Below, in pieces: positions 35,791 to 44,972 of a DNA stretch of 45,209 nucleotides. The number at the start of each line of letters is the position of its first letter. The stretch's first letter is position 1. The DNA is from an uncultured Desulfurococcaceae archaeon (GTDB lineage Archaea; Thermoproteota; Thermoprotei_A; Sulfolobales; NBVN01), in contig CAYQIX010000002.1 in the NCBI GenBank assembly GCA_964417765.1, forward strand, positions 1 to 45,209. Direction: 5' to 3'. The notes under the pieces are model-generated. The model saw nothing but the letters and a program-made list of their open reading frames with translations. It searched no databases and was not told the origin of the DNA. A program made the position numbers and the translations under genes.

Positions 35791-36701
35791 TGGTGAGTGA
35801 GGCAAACTTAACTAGCACTAACATAACCACTACACTGAACACCATATTACACGAAGTAACAGACGCTATCTTCCCGTGGAGCTACAGTGAGGTGCTGAAG
35901 ATATTAGGGGTAGCTGCAGCTATAGCGCTTACTGTAGTAATTGCTTCAGGCATTAAGCTAATTATGAGGAAGCTAGTGAGTAATAGGCTTCCGAGGCACA
36001 TATACATACCAATAGAGAGGTTCGTGTTTTACGGCATCATAGCAATAGGCGTTACTGCAGCCTTAAGCCCACTAGGCATAGACCTCACAGGGCTCTTAGT
36101 AGCTGGCGGCGTCGCAGGCATAGTTGTAGGATTCGCCGCCCAGACCGTAGTAGCTAATGCATTAAGCGGCATCTTCCTACACATCGACAGGCCACTCAAG
36201 CTAGGTGACCCAGTACAGGTCGAGAACATCAGCGGGCACGTAATTGACATATCAATATTCTCAACTAGAATTAAGACCTGGGACGGGAACATAGTTAGAA
36301 TACCTAATGACAAGTTATTTAGCTCACTAATAACGAACTACACCGCCTCCGTAGCCAGGAGGATAGAGTTCAAGATCGGCATATCGTACTCTTCAGACAT
36401 AAGTAAGGCTAAGGAGGCCATACTGAAAGTCTTCAATGACCACCCAATAGTCCTCGTTAATCCACCACCTGAAGTATTCGTAGAAGACTTCGGCGACTCA
36501 GCAATAGTACTAGCTGCCAGGTGCTGGGTGCCAGCACAGCTGTGGTTCGCGACCAAGAAGCAGCTACTAGAGCTAATTAAGAAGGCATTTGACGAAGTAG
36601 GTGTCGAGATACCGTTCCCACAGCTAGACCTACACGTCAAGGAAGGAGTTAAGATAGTGATTAAGCGTGAGAGGCAGGAAGGCGCTCAAGCTATCTCCTA
36701 A
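35790..36701 (+). CDS. MscS-family small-conductance mechanosensitive channel
   Basis: GVAGIVVGFAAQTVVANALSGIFLHIDRPLKLGDPV...GHVIDISIFSTRIKTWDGNIVRIPN. The ORF track begins at TTG 35778. The ATG at 35790, overlapping the upstream stop, is the more likely start. Confidence 0.9.
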   Translation: MVSEANLTSTNITTTLNTILHEVTDAIFPWSYSEVLKILGVAAAIALTVVIASGIKLIMRKLVSNRLPRHIYIPIERFVFYGIIAIGVTAALSPLGIDLTGLLVAGGVAGIVVGFAAQTVVANALSGIFLHIDRPLKLGDPVQVENISGHVIDISIFSTRIKTWDGNIVRIPNDKLFSSLITNYTASVARRIEFKIGISYSSDISKAKEAILKVFNDHPIVLVNPPPEVFVEDFGDSAIVLAARCWVPAQLWFATKKQLLELIKKAFDEVGVEIPFPQLDLHVKEGVKIVIKRERQEGAQAIS

Positions 36702-36725
36702 CCCGCACTCCAGGTATAGTGTATT

Positions 36726-36783
36726 GTAAAGTATTCTTTACAAAATGTAAAGATTTATTAACTTTTTGTAAAGAATACTTTAC
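36726..36783. promoter_or_regulatory. Perfect 20-nt inverted repeat (GTAAAGTATTCTTTACAAAA / TTTTGTAAAGAATACTTTAC) with 18-nt spacer; candidate operator and/or terminator
   Basis: Arms at 36726..36745 and 36764..36783. TGTAAAG occurs three times (36725, 36746, 36767). A TATA-like TTTATTA sits in the spacer. The element lies upstream of the membrane-protein + XRE operon and just after the mscS stop. Confidence 0.6.
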
Positions 36784-36809
36784 GGTGGTTAGAGCTGGAT
36801 AAGTTAAGT

Positions 36810-37211
36810 GTGGTTGTGGGCGCGATAATTGGTGGGTTAGTAGGGTATTCACTGTCAGCTGGTAATTCGGTGACAGCCTTGCTGATTGCGTTAGCAGGCT
36901 TCTCAGCAGCCTATATCATACAGCAGGTTCGTAAATCTAGAGCTGAGAAGCTAGGGCTTGTGCTGTATGACGAGATGCATGTGAGCATTGCCGAGAAGTC
37001 AAGCCTTCAGGCATTCAGAACTTCAGTGCTAGCTATATGCGTGCTCATCATACTAACTGTGTGGCCTTCGTTCTTCAACTTCAACATAGTACCTCCTGAG
37101 CTCAGTGAGAAACTCTATCCTGGACTAGCTCTCAGTCTCGGCATCCTGGGGGTGGCTTACCTAGCTTCATATGCCTACTACGTGAAGTCAAAGAAGGTTA
37201 TTGAGGGTTGA
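36810..37211 (+). CDS. Small membrane protein (4 TM) co-transcribed with XRE regulator
   Basis: Hydrophobic helices. GTG start. Its stop overlaps the next start by 4 nt. The membrane protein + XRE pairing resembles DUF2178/YozG-type pairs (recalled from memory). Confidence 0.6.
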   Translation: MVVGAIIGGLVGYSLSAGNSVTALLIALAGFSAAYIIQQVRKSRAEKLGLVLYDEMHVSIAEKSSLQAFRTSVLAICVLIILTVWPSFFNFNIVPPELSEKLYPGLALSLGILGVAYLASYAYYVKSKKVIEG

Positions 37212-37420
37212 ACTTGGGCATCACTAATAGGTTGAGGGAGTTGAGGGCAAGGTACAGGATGTCTCAGGAGGAGCTAGCTAAGAAAGTAGGTGTTACTAGA
37301 CAGACAATAATAGCTATAGAAAACGGTAAGTACCTGCCCTCACTGAGGCTAGCATTCAAGATAGCTAAGGTGTTTGGCATGAAGATAGAAGATATTTTCA
37401 TTTTTGACGAGGATCCTTAG
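37208..37420 (+). CDS. XRE/Cro-C1-family HTH transcriptional regulator
   Basis: [56 protein letters not shown] is a full HTH_3 pattern. Confidence 0.9.
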   Translation: MNLGITNRLRELRARYRMSQEELAKKVGVTRQTIIAIENGKYLPSLRLAFKIAKVFGMKIEDIFIFDEDP

Positions 37421-37489
37421 TGTCTTCCTCCCTCCCACACATATCTAAATAGTTTATTTCTCCTCTGCTGCATAGGATCCAGCTCTACG

Positions 37490-38965
37490 TCACTTCCGCG
37501 CATGTAGTTTATCTGCTGCAATACCTACTAACACTACTGCAGTCGATACTAGTAGTACCACCGCAGGGTAAGGTATTCCAGCTATTGGTGTGACCAGCGC
37601 TTTCTTAGCTCCAACAACTAGCGCATAAGAGAGCGCTATCGCAAAACCTGCCGCCACCGAAGCTATGGCTGCGTACTTAGAGTACATGCCTAATTTATGG
37701 TGGAGTAGCCACCCAGCCAGCGTCACTGGAGCTAGCGGAAGCAGCAACACTGATGAGAGCACTGACAGCTCAACTATGAACGCTGGCCTAACAAGCGCTA
37801 CAACCACCGCTACTATAGCCAGCCCCAACACCGTTAATCTACCAACTACTATGAGAGATCTATCACTCACCTCCCTCCGGACACCACCATAGAGGTCCCT
37901 AGCTGTTGTTGATGCTAGCGTAAGTATTATGGAGTCAGCCGTAGACACCGCAGCAGCAACTATCGACACGAACACTACCGCTGACAGCCACACTGGGGCG
38001 TAAGAGAGTATAGTAGGTGTTACTGCATCCCTGTCCTTAATCAGCGGCAAGGTCCCCAAGACTGTCAGCGACCTCCCCATGAGGCCTATCATAGTAACTA
38101 TTATGGTGTACGTCAAGCCGAAGACAGCAAATAGAGTGACCATTCGGATCAGCGCCCTCTTATCTCTAGGCATGTATAGCCTCTGAACAACCTGCGGATT
38201 AGTTATAGCAAAGAACAGCCACGGTATAGTATACGATACAAAGATCAACGCAGTCCAAGGACTTCCAACACTTAGTAAGCCCTTACTACCTAGTACACTC
38301 AGAGAGCTGCTGAATTTTGCTGGGTCGCCAAAGCCCCAGCTAAAGAGCCACAAGATGAAACCTACAGCAGCTACAATCATCCATATCCCTTGGAAGGCGT
38401 CTGTCGCTGCAACACTCCATATACCTCCTAAGTACACCCACAGAGCAATGACTATGAATGCTAGAGCTATGCCGACTAGGTAGGCGCTCCAGCTGCCGCC
38501 TCCCAAACCCTGTACAGTAACTCCGATACCTATCACTTGAGCTGCTGTGTAAGGTATTAGTGCTACTAGGTACATAGCTGCTGTGAGGATGCCAAGTGCC
38601 CTGCACTTATATAGGTCAGCAAGCATTTCAGCAGGGCTTATCCACCTCCTCTCACGCACTAGTTCCCAGACCTTAGGTGCTAGTAAGGCAAGTATCGTTA
38701 TGGTTGCCAGCAGGTACATTAGCTCGAAGCCGAAGGCGCCGACTCCCGTCATGTAAGTTAGTCCGACTAGCCCGACCATCATGAATGCTGAATACGTTGT
38801 TGCAGCGTAAGTCATAGCTGCTAAGAAGCCTCCTAGCCTATAGCCAGCAACGAAGTAGTCTCTGCTAGTACCTATGCCGAACTTACGTGAGGCAAACGCC
38901 AGGAGCGAGCCGACAACGAAGTAGAGTATCAGCGTAATTATTGATGCTGTAAGAAGCTCATCCAT
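37490..38965 (-). CDS. Sodium:solute symporter family (SSS) transporter
   Basis: About 13 TM segments in 491 aa, with an SSS-like N-terminal block (DYFVAGYRLGGFLAAMTYAATTYSAFMMVG). Confidence 0.8.
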   Translation of the reverse strand: MDELLTASIITLILYFVVGSLLAFASRKFGIGTSRDYFVAGYRLGGFLAAMTYAATTYSAFMMVGLVGLTYMTGVGAFGFELMYLLATITILALLAPKVWELVRERRWISPAEMLADLYKCRALGILTAAMYLVALIPYTAAQVIGIGVTVQGLGGGSWSAYLVGIALAFIVIALWVYLGGIWSVAATDAFQGIWMIVAAVGFILWLFSWGFGDPAKFSSSLSVLGSKGLLSVGSPWTALIFVSYTIPWLFFAITNPQVVQRLYMPRDKRALIRMVTLFAVFGLTYTIIVTMIGLMGRSLTVLGTLPLIKDRDAVTPTILSYAPVWLSAVVFVSIVAAAVSTADSIILTLASTTARDLYGGVRREVSDRSLIVVGRLTVLGLAIVAVVVALVRPAFIVELSVLSSVLLLPLAPVTLAGWLLHHKLGMYSKYAAIASVAAGFAIALSYALVVGAKKALVTPIAGIPYPAVVLLVSTAVVLVGIAADKLHARK

Positions 38966-39152
38966 GACTCACACCACTATTGCTTAGCTTTATGTAGGTG
39001 TAGGAGACGATCAAGTGGATGATAGCCAGTACAGCCCAGAAGAGGTAGAGGCTTAAGTTAGTAACTTGAGCAAATACCGTGTATGGGAGCACGTAAGCCA
39101 GCAGTATGACGGCAAGAGACCACACTGTGTAGAGCACCTTACTAGTCCTCAC
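38958..39152 (-). CDS. Small 2-TM membrane protein coupled to SSS transporter (DUF3311-like)
   Basis: 64 aa with two hydrophobic helices and an 8-nt overlap with the transporter start. Confidence 0.55.
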   Translation of the reverse strand: MRTSKVLYTVWSLAVILLAYVLPYTVFAQVTNLSLYLFWAVLAIIHLIVSYTYIKLSNSGVSHG

Positions 39153-39219
39153 CAGCTACACCATTAGAGATAGGTTCCCTGAAGGCTAAAAGAGAAACTA
39201 TTTATGCAGAAATCGCATA

Positions 39220-40245
39220 TTGTCTCTGGTTAGGATGCAAAATATGCCTATTAAGCAGGTAGCTGTGGTTATCGGTAAGAGTGCTGGCGTTAGGGTTGAT
39301 CAGCTCAGTAAGTTGCTCAGCTCAGCTGGCATAAGTTCGAGGACTGTGAATATAGATGACGTCAAAGGCTTGAGAGGGGTTGACGCAGTTATAGTTGTTG
39401 GTGCTGACAGTGACGTGCTTAGGACTATTCACGCTATGGACAACAGTGTAGTACCTGTGCTACCTATCTCACCGCCAGGTTACTCAACATTCTTTGCATC
39501 ACTAGATTGGGACGAGATTAAGGAAGGTGTTAGGAAGCTAATTAGTGGGAGGTACTCTATCCACAGCTACGTCAGAATTAGAGCACTAGTTGACAGCAGT
39601 GAAACTCTGTACGCGCTCAATGAAATAGCTGTGTTCCCATCTAGAAGCGCTACGCTCGTTGAGTATGACCTGCTCGTCGACGGCGAGCTGGTGTGGAGGG
39701 ATACAGCCGACGGTGTCCTAGTAGCTACTCCAGCAGGGTCAACAGCCTACGCGTTCTCGGCTGGCGGGCCAATTGTCATGGATACATCTAAAGTACTTGA
39801 GGTAGTTCCAGTCAATTCAGTAAACCCGCTAAGGAGGGCTATCATAGTTCATGATGACGCTGTGATAACGATAACCAACATAAATAGCAGGTCAAGCGTT
39901 GAGGTGATAGCTGACGGTATCAAGAGAGTTAAGGTAAATGAAGGAGTTAAGGTGGTTAAGGCTGAGGCGCCAGCTAAGTTCATTAGATTTGAGGGAGGAT
40001 TAGGAGACGTTATTGAGCGCAAGGCGAGGGTTGTTACAGAGCCTAAAGACCTGCCGCCAAGTGCTAAGTACGTGCTTAAGATGCTGAGGATTTACGGTCA
40101 GGCCTCACCTAAGGAGTTAGTTGAGCTCACGGGCTTACCTGAGAGAACCGTAAGGTACGCACTGTCTATTTTACTAAAGAAAGGCCTCGTTAAGAGGGTG
40201 ACCGACTTAAGAGACTCGAGAAGAAGAATTTACAAAGCGACGTAG
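39220..40245 (+). CDS. NAD-kinase-fold protein with divergent GGDGT motif fused to C-terminal winged HTH
   Basis: Conserved ADGVLVATPAGSTAYAFSAGGPIVM and LNEIAV, but GADSDVL replaces GGDGT.L. The C-terminal ~70 aa reads VLKMLRIYGQASPKELVELTGLPERTVRYALSILLKKGLVKRV, a wHTH pattern. The start may be the ATG at 39235. Confidence 0.75.
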   Translation: MSLVRMQNMPIKQVAVVIGKSAGVRVDQLSKLLSSAGISSRTVNIDDVKGLRGVDAVIVVGADSDVLRTIHAMDNSVVPVLPISPPGYSTFFASLDWDEIKEGVRKLISGRYSIHSYVRIRALVDSSETLYALNEIAVFPSRSATLVEYDLLVDGELVWRDTADGVLVATPAGSTAYAFSAGGPIVMDTSKVLEVVPVNSVNPLRRAIIVHDDAVITITNINSRSSVEVIADGIKRVKVNEGVKVVKAEAPAKFIRFEGGLGDVIERKARVVTEPKDLPPSAKYVLKMLRIYGQASPKELVELTGLPERTVRYALSILLKKGLVKRVTDLRDSRRRIYKAT

Positions 40246-40297
40246 CTGGTTGCTGTGGCCACGAAATTTTATTTAATATCCTTAGATCTCCTTACTA

Positions 40298-41182
40298 TTG
40301 TTAGAGGCGTTAAAGATGAAGCTTGACCTTGAGTGCATAGTGTGCCTAGTTAGGCAGGCGCTAAAGGTTGCTAGGTTAGTGACTGCTGATGAGGCAGCTC
40401 AGGAGAAAATACTTAGACATACTCTGAGTAAGTTGCTTAATTCTTCATGGAGCGTAAGCACTCCCAGGCTAGCTCACGAAATATATAGAGTCATTCGTGA
40501 GGCTACAGGCGTTAACGACCCATACGCTGAGATCAAGAAGAAAAGTAATGATGAGGCACTGAGCATTTATCAGGACATTAAAGACATGGTCTGGAGGTGC
40601 CCGGATCCGCTAGAGGCAGCCATTAGAGTTGCTATAGCTGGAAACATAATAGATTTCGCTGTCTTTGACAGCCCTGACGTCAAGTCAGCTATAGATCACG
40701 TGCTCAAGACTAAGCCAGCAATAAATGACTACCCGAAGCTGAGGAAAGACCTCCTTACAGCCAGTACACTACTCTACTTCGTAGACAACGCTGGCGAAAT
40801 AGTCTTCGATAAGATACTTTTAGAGACCTTAATTCGCATTAGAGGGAAGCCCTTCAGCAAACTTACCGTAGTAGCTAAGGGCGGCCCTATAATCAATGAC
40901 GCAACCCTAGATGACTTAAGGTACGTAGGTTTCACCGAGTTACCTAATATATCATTCAGAACGATATCCAACGGCGACCCAGGCACAGGCCCGGAACGTG
41001 ATGACCCAGAGGTAGCTGAATGGGTTGAAGAGCACGACGTCGCCATAGCTAAGGGTCAGGGTAACTACGAGGGCTTAAGTGAAGTTAAGGGCATCTACTT
41101 CCTACTAATAGTGAAGTGCCCTGTCGTAGCTAAGCGCCTTGGTGTTAAGGTCAATGACGTAGTGATTAAATACAATTCTTAA
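40298..41182 (+). CDS. DUF89-family (ARMT1-like damage-control phosphatase) protein
   Basis: CIVCLVRQ, VDNAGEIVFD and AKGQGNYEGL. The likely start is the ATG at 40316, with the TATA-like element TTTTATTTAATAT upstream. Confidence 0.82.
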   Translation: MLEALKMKLDLECIVCLVRQALKVARLVTADEAAQEKILRHTLSKLLNSSWSVSTPRLAHEIYRVIREATGVNDPYAEIKKKSNDEALSIYQDIKDMVWRCPDPLEAAIRVAIAGNIIDFAVFDSPDVKSAIDHVLKTKPAINDYPKLRKDLLTASTLLYFVDNAGEIVFDKILLETLIRIRGKPFSKLTVVAKGGPIINDATLDDLRYVGFTELPNISFRTISNGDPGTGPERDDPEVAEWVEEHDVAIAKGQGNYEGLSEVKGIYFLLIVKCPVVAKRLGVKVNDVVIKYNS

Positions 41183-41287
41183 TATACTTCCAAAGACATT
41201 ATTACCTAAGCTTAATTTATTATAGGAGCAAGAAGTCAGGAATTTAACGTAAGTTAGTCAGCGTAGGTACTGAGAACACCTGCTGGG

Positions 41288-42289
41288 GTGAGGGGTATGG
41301 GTGATGCAATCGTTGCTGATGGCTTAGTGAAGAACTATGTAACTAAAAAGAGAAAGGGACTTCTGAAGTCCGAGAAGGAAGTTATTCATGCACTAAGGGG
41401 AGTTAGCTTTAAAGTGAGGCATGGTGAGGTTGTGGGACTGCTTGGACCTAACGGTGCTGGCAAGACCACTACTATTAAGATACTGGCAACACTGTTGATC
41501 CCGGACGGCGGCAGAGCAGCTGTAGAAGGGTACGATGTCGTTAGGAATGCGAAAGAAGTTAGAAAGAGGATTGGTGTTATGCTTACTGTAGAGAAAGGAT
41601 TTTATGGGAAGCTGACAGGTAGGGAGAATCTAGAGTACTTTGGCGCGCTTTACGGGCTAGATATGAGTGAGATCAGGAAGCGTGTTAAGGAGCTGATGGA
41701 GCTGCTGGAACTCAGTAAGTTAGGTGCTGAGGACAGGCTGTTTGAGGAGTACAGCCTAGGTATGAAGGCTAGGTTAGCTCTCGCGAGGGCGCTCCTCAAA
41801 GACCCGCCAGTACTACTCCTTGATGAACCGACCTTGGGTCTCGACCCGCCGAGTGCGAGGAAAATAAGGTCACTAGTTAGAGATTTAGCTAGGAGAGAGA
41901 GAAAGGCAGTCCTTTACACAACTCACAACATGTTTGAGGCCGAGCTAGTATGTGATAGAATACTGATGATTAATAAAGGAACTATAGTTGCTGAAGGAAG
42001 TCCAGAAGAGCTGAAAGCAAGAATACCTAAGCTTAGAGCGCTGGTAGCAGTTGTCAGAGGATCCAGGATTAAGTCTCTCACAGCTAAGCTAGAGTCTTCA
42101 CTATCCATTAAGGTGTCTAGCAAGTTTATTGAGGAGGATGTTGCTGAAGTTAAATTTAATGTAGAGAAGCCTGAGGAAGTTATTGACGAGTTAGTTAGGG
42201 CTGTCACTTCACTAGGTATGGAGCTAGTTAGGTTGAGGATTGAAGAACCCACGCTTGAGGACGTCTTCATATTCTTCACAGGTGGGTGA
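41288..42289 (+). CDS. ABC transporter ATP-binding protein (ABC-2/DrrA-like)
   Basis: GPNGAGKTT, YSLGMKARL and LLLDEPTLGLD. Confidence 0.9.
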   Translation: MRGMGDAIVADGLVKNYVTKKRKGLLKSEKEVIHALRGVSFKVRHGEVVGLLGPNGAGKTTTIKILATLLIPDGGRAAVEGYDVVRNAKEVRKRIGVMLTVEKGFYGKLTGRENLEYFGALYGLDMSEIRKRVKELMELLELSKLGAEDRLFEEYSLGMKARLALARALLKDPPVLLLDEPTLGLDPPSARKIRSLVRDLARRERKAVLYTTHNMFEAELVCDRILMINKGTIVAEGSPEELKARIPKLRALVAVVRGSRIKSLTAKLESSLSIKVSSKFIEEDVAEVKFNVEKPEEVIDELVRAVTSLGMELVRLRIEEPTLEDVFIFFTGG

Positions 42290-43101
42290 CTGTGAGCATC
42301 TTAACTATGCTTAAAGCAGAGTTCACCTTCGTGTACGCTGACGTCTTCAGGCGGAAAACCATATTAATGATGTTCATCGTGTACCCCTACATAATAACAG
42401 CGTTCATAATGCTTATAGGTACTTCACTCGGATCTCCTCAAGTCTTTACTGAGAAGGTCGGCGTAGACCCCGTACCCTTCTTTATAGTTAGCTCATTCAT
42501 ACTGATCTCAGTGCTTGGGGTGGTTGACGATATACTTTGGAGGCCTATATTTGATGAGTGGATGGGGACCCTCCCCTACGTAATATCAAGCCCAACATCA
42601 CGTGTGCTTCACTACTTCGCGATCCCCATACCTAGACTGACCTTAGTCCTCATATCTGGCTCAGCTACAGTATTTCCCGTACTGGCATACTACTACGGAT
42701 TAATGGGACTAACTAAAGCTACTAGTGTCCTTCTTCTAGCACTACTTTCTAGCGTCCTCCTCACGACACTAGCTATGCTCATTGCGGGCTTAGTATTTAC
42801 TCTAGCAGGTGAGTCGTGGAGAGTGCTCAACATAATCAGGCCTCTACTGCTAATACTTCTCGGCGCCTTCTACCCCAGGTACATGATGCCTCTAGTCGCT
42901 CAAGCAATGTCATGGCTTATTCCATCATCACATACTGTCGAGTTAATGCAGCGCCTACTCATAGGTGCTGGAGTCAGCTCTAGCTACGCGCTGATGCTCC
43001 TTGGAATAGGTATAGGGCTTGCTATAGCGTACACGCCCTTAGGAGATAGGTCTGTGAGGAGGTGGGAAAGAAAGAAGCTTCTGGAGGGAGTCAGTACTTG
43101 A
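42286..43101 (+). CDS. ABC-2-type transporter permease
   Basis: GTGA start/stop overlap with the ATPase gene. Six hydrophobic helices. Confidence 0.65.
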   Translation: MTVSILTMLKAEFTFVYADVFRRKTILMMFIVYPYIITAFIMLIGTSLGSPQVFTEKVGVDPVPFFIVSSFILISVLGVVDDILWRPIFDEWMGTLPYVISSPTSRVLHYFAIPIPRLTLVLISGSATVFPVLAYYYGLMGLTKATSVLLLALLSSVLLTTLAMLIAGLVFTLAGESWRVLNIIRPLLLILLGAFYPRYMMPLVAQAMSWLIPSSHTVELMQRLLIGAGVSSSYALMLLGIGIGLAIAYTPLGDRSVRRWERKKLLEGVST

Positions 43102-43904
43102 GTGTCGCGCAGGCTCTTAAAGCTGTGCTGAAGGCTTACGTTAAGGCTGAGTTGCTGCGTAGTAAGGGCTTCGTCATAGGGATATTCTCGCTTATGCTGT
43201 GGCTGGTGATGTTCCTAGCGCCTACAGCTCTGTTCAGGTCTCCTCAAGTCTCACCTGAAGTGATCTCTGCTTACGCCCTAGTAGCTATAGCTGTCTTCGT
43301 GTCCTACTCTACTGCTACGTGGGACTGGGCATGGGAGCTTAGGTGGCTGATGTACCAGGGCATACTTGAACATGTGTTATTAAGCGGCGAGAGCGTTTTC
43401 GTGTTATTTGCAGGTGTGCTGCCAGTATCACTGATCTGGCTAGCCCTAACAATAACTGGCAGCTACGCTTTATTGACTAGCCTGATTGCTCAGCCACTAC
43501 TCAGGATTGCTGAACCTCTACCTCTTGCTTTAGGGATAATTACACTTGGGGTAGTACTAATCGCGTATGCGCTGCTATTAGGAGGTGTAACAATATCTAC
43601 AGGGACTTCAGGTCCAGTAATTGAGTTGATTGGGTGGGTGCTACCGATAGCTACTGGAGGCCTAACACCTCTGTCAACACTGCCTGAGGCAATTCAAGTA
43701 ATAGCTCTCGCTACGCCCTTCAGCTACCCGGCAGAGCTGATAAGGTATGGACTAGGGCTATCTCCACCCATACTAGATCCTGACCTGACGTGTGCGGTAG
43801 GGGTGCTGTATGCAGCTGCTTTTCTATGCTTTGCTGTCATATTCTTCAAGCTCCAGCTTAAGAAGATATTGAAGGAAGGCGTCAAGACCGTGGCTATGTA
43901 CTAG
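43062..43904 (+). CDS. ABC-2-type transporter permease (second, paralogous)
   Basis: Polytopic. An alternative TTG start at 43098 would give a TTGA overlap with the upstream stop. Confidence 0.6.
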   Translation: MGKKEASGGSQYLSVAQALKAVLKAYVKAELLRSKGFVIGIFSLMLWLVMFLAPTALFRSPQVSPEVISAYALVAIAVFVSYSTATWDWAWELRWLMYQGILEHVLLSGESVFVLFAGVLPVSLIWLALTITGSYALLTSLIAQPLLRIAEPLPLALGIITLGVVLIAYALLLGGVTISTGTSGPVIELIGWVLPIATGGLTPLSTLPEAIQVIALATPFSYPAELIRYGLGLSPPILDPDLTCAVGVLYAAAFLCFAVIFFKLQLKKILKEGVKTVAMY

Positions 43905-44131
43905 GGGGTGGTTTACGTTCTCATAGTATTTAAGTATGTGCTTGCAAGAAGTAGCGGGGATTGAGGTTACGTCTCTACTCGCAGCTGCTGTACCCTACAC
44001 TCTGCGTGTTTACTTACTAAGAGATGTATTTAAAGAGTCACTTCACGTGAGTGCTAAGCCCTAAAGATGTTTTACTAATGCTATTAAGCAAGTGAGTGCA
44101 GCAGCTACGCCTGCTACGCCAGCAACTGAAG

Positions 44132-44674
44132 TTAGCGTTGATGTAAGCAGGAATGTGCCTGCATGCCCCTACCCCACGTAATAACTGGGATCAGGTACAG
44201 TATGAGGAATCCTACAGCTGGCACAAGCACGTAAAACGCTATGGATCTCCCTAAGTTCTTATCTAGGATTACTGGCCTAGCGAGTACTGCTAGGACGAGG
44301 CCTACAACTAAGAAGCTCGTTAATGGGATGCGTACCTCAGTAAATGCAGTGACATTACCGTAAGTGAATGTTAGGTATATAGGTGACTTAAGCGGTAACG
44401 AGACTATAAGCGCTAAGAATAGCGTGGCGCATGAAGCGACAACATAGAGGATGTAGCTCCTCACCATTAACTTCCTGAGGACACCATACCTGCTTCCTCT
44501 AGGTGAGCGGCTCTCGTAGCTAGCTACGAACGCCGCAAACGTCAGAGCAGCCAGCGCTACTAAGGTAAGTACGATGCTACTGTATTCATTTCCCCAGCGG
44601 ATAAGCTGTATGCTGCTAGGAGGAACCGTTCTCCGCCTACGGTCTGTGTAGGTTTCCGTAGGTCGGTTCATCAC
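44132..44674 (-). CDS. Hypothetical membrane protein
   Basis: Basic N-terminus followed by 4-5 hydrophobic helices. No family recognised. Confidence 0.5.
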   Translation of the reverse strand: MMNRPTETYTDRRRRTVPPSSIQLIRWGNEYSSIVLTLVALAALTFAAFVASYESRSPRGSRYGVLRKLMVRSYILYVVASCATLFLALIVSLPLKSPIYLTFTYGNVTAFTEVRIPLTSFLVVGLVLAVLARPVILDKNLGRSIAFYVLVPAVGFLILYLIPVITWGRGMQAHSCLHQR

Positions 44675-44816
44675 GGTATCTGGCCACGCCCCACCTACGG
44701 CTCCAGCTCCATAGCTTGGGAGCCAGAGCCATCGGTGAAGTGTGGTTTCATTCCAGCGGTCATTTATATCTTATACTAGTAAGGTTTATAGGATTTTCCT
44801 TCTTTAATATTTATTG

Positions 44817-44972
44817 GTGAGTGAAGTATTGCTAGTATTCGAGGGAAAAGTATCAAGATGGGGTAAGAGAGGCTATGTAATCTACGTTCCTAAGGAGTAT
44901 GAGAGGGTTATTGAAAAGTATCGTGGAGAAGAAGTAGTCGTTATTATTCTTAGAAAAGGTGCTAACCCATGA
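44817..44972 (+). CDS. AbrB/SpoVT-like mini-protein (51 aa), antitoxin-like; not in supplied ORF track
   Basis: My translation is VSEVLLVFEGKVSRWGKRGYVIYVPKEYERVIEKYRGEEVVVIILRKGANP*. The G.V...GKRG.V..VPKE....G..V.V pattern is typical of swapped-hairpin AbrB/MazE domains. The TATA-like element CTTTAATATTTATT lies just upstream. The stop overlaps the next ATG (ATGA). Confidence 0.45.
   Translation: MSEVLLVFEGKVSRWGKRGYVIYVPKEYERVIEKYRGEEVVVIILRKGANP

Noticed and set aside
43905-44131. 227-nt gap after the ABC-2 operon containing TCACGTGA and two GTGAGTGC copies
   Set aside because: There is only an 8-nt palindrome and an 8-nt repeat, with no ORF and no convincing secondary structure. It is insufficient to call a feature.
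44699-44724. GC-rich hairpin GGCTCC-AGCT-ccat-AGCT-tg-GGAGCC upstream of the 180-aa membrane-protein gene. It has the same X-AGCT-loop-AGCT-TG-X' layout as 8177..8206.
   Set aside because: Both are short stems built on the self-complementary AGCT, and two occurrences in 45 kb are compatible with chance. No tRNA-like or known ncRNA features surround them. It is worth noting only if transcript data show a small RNA.
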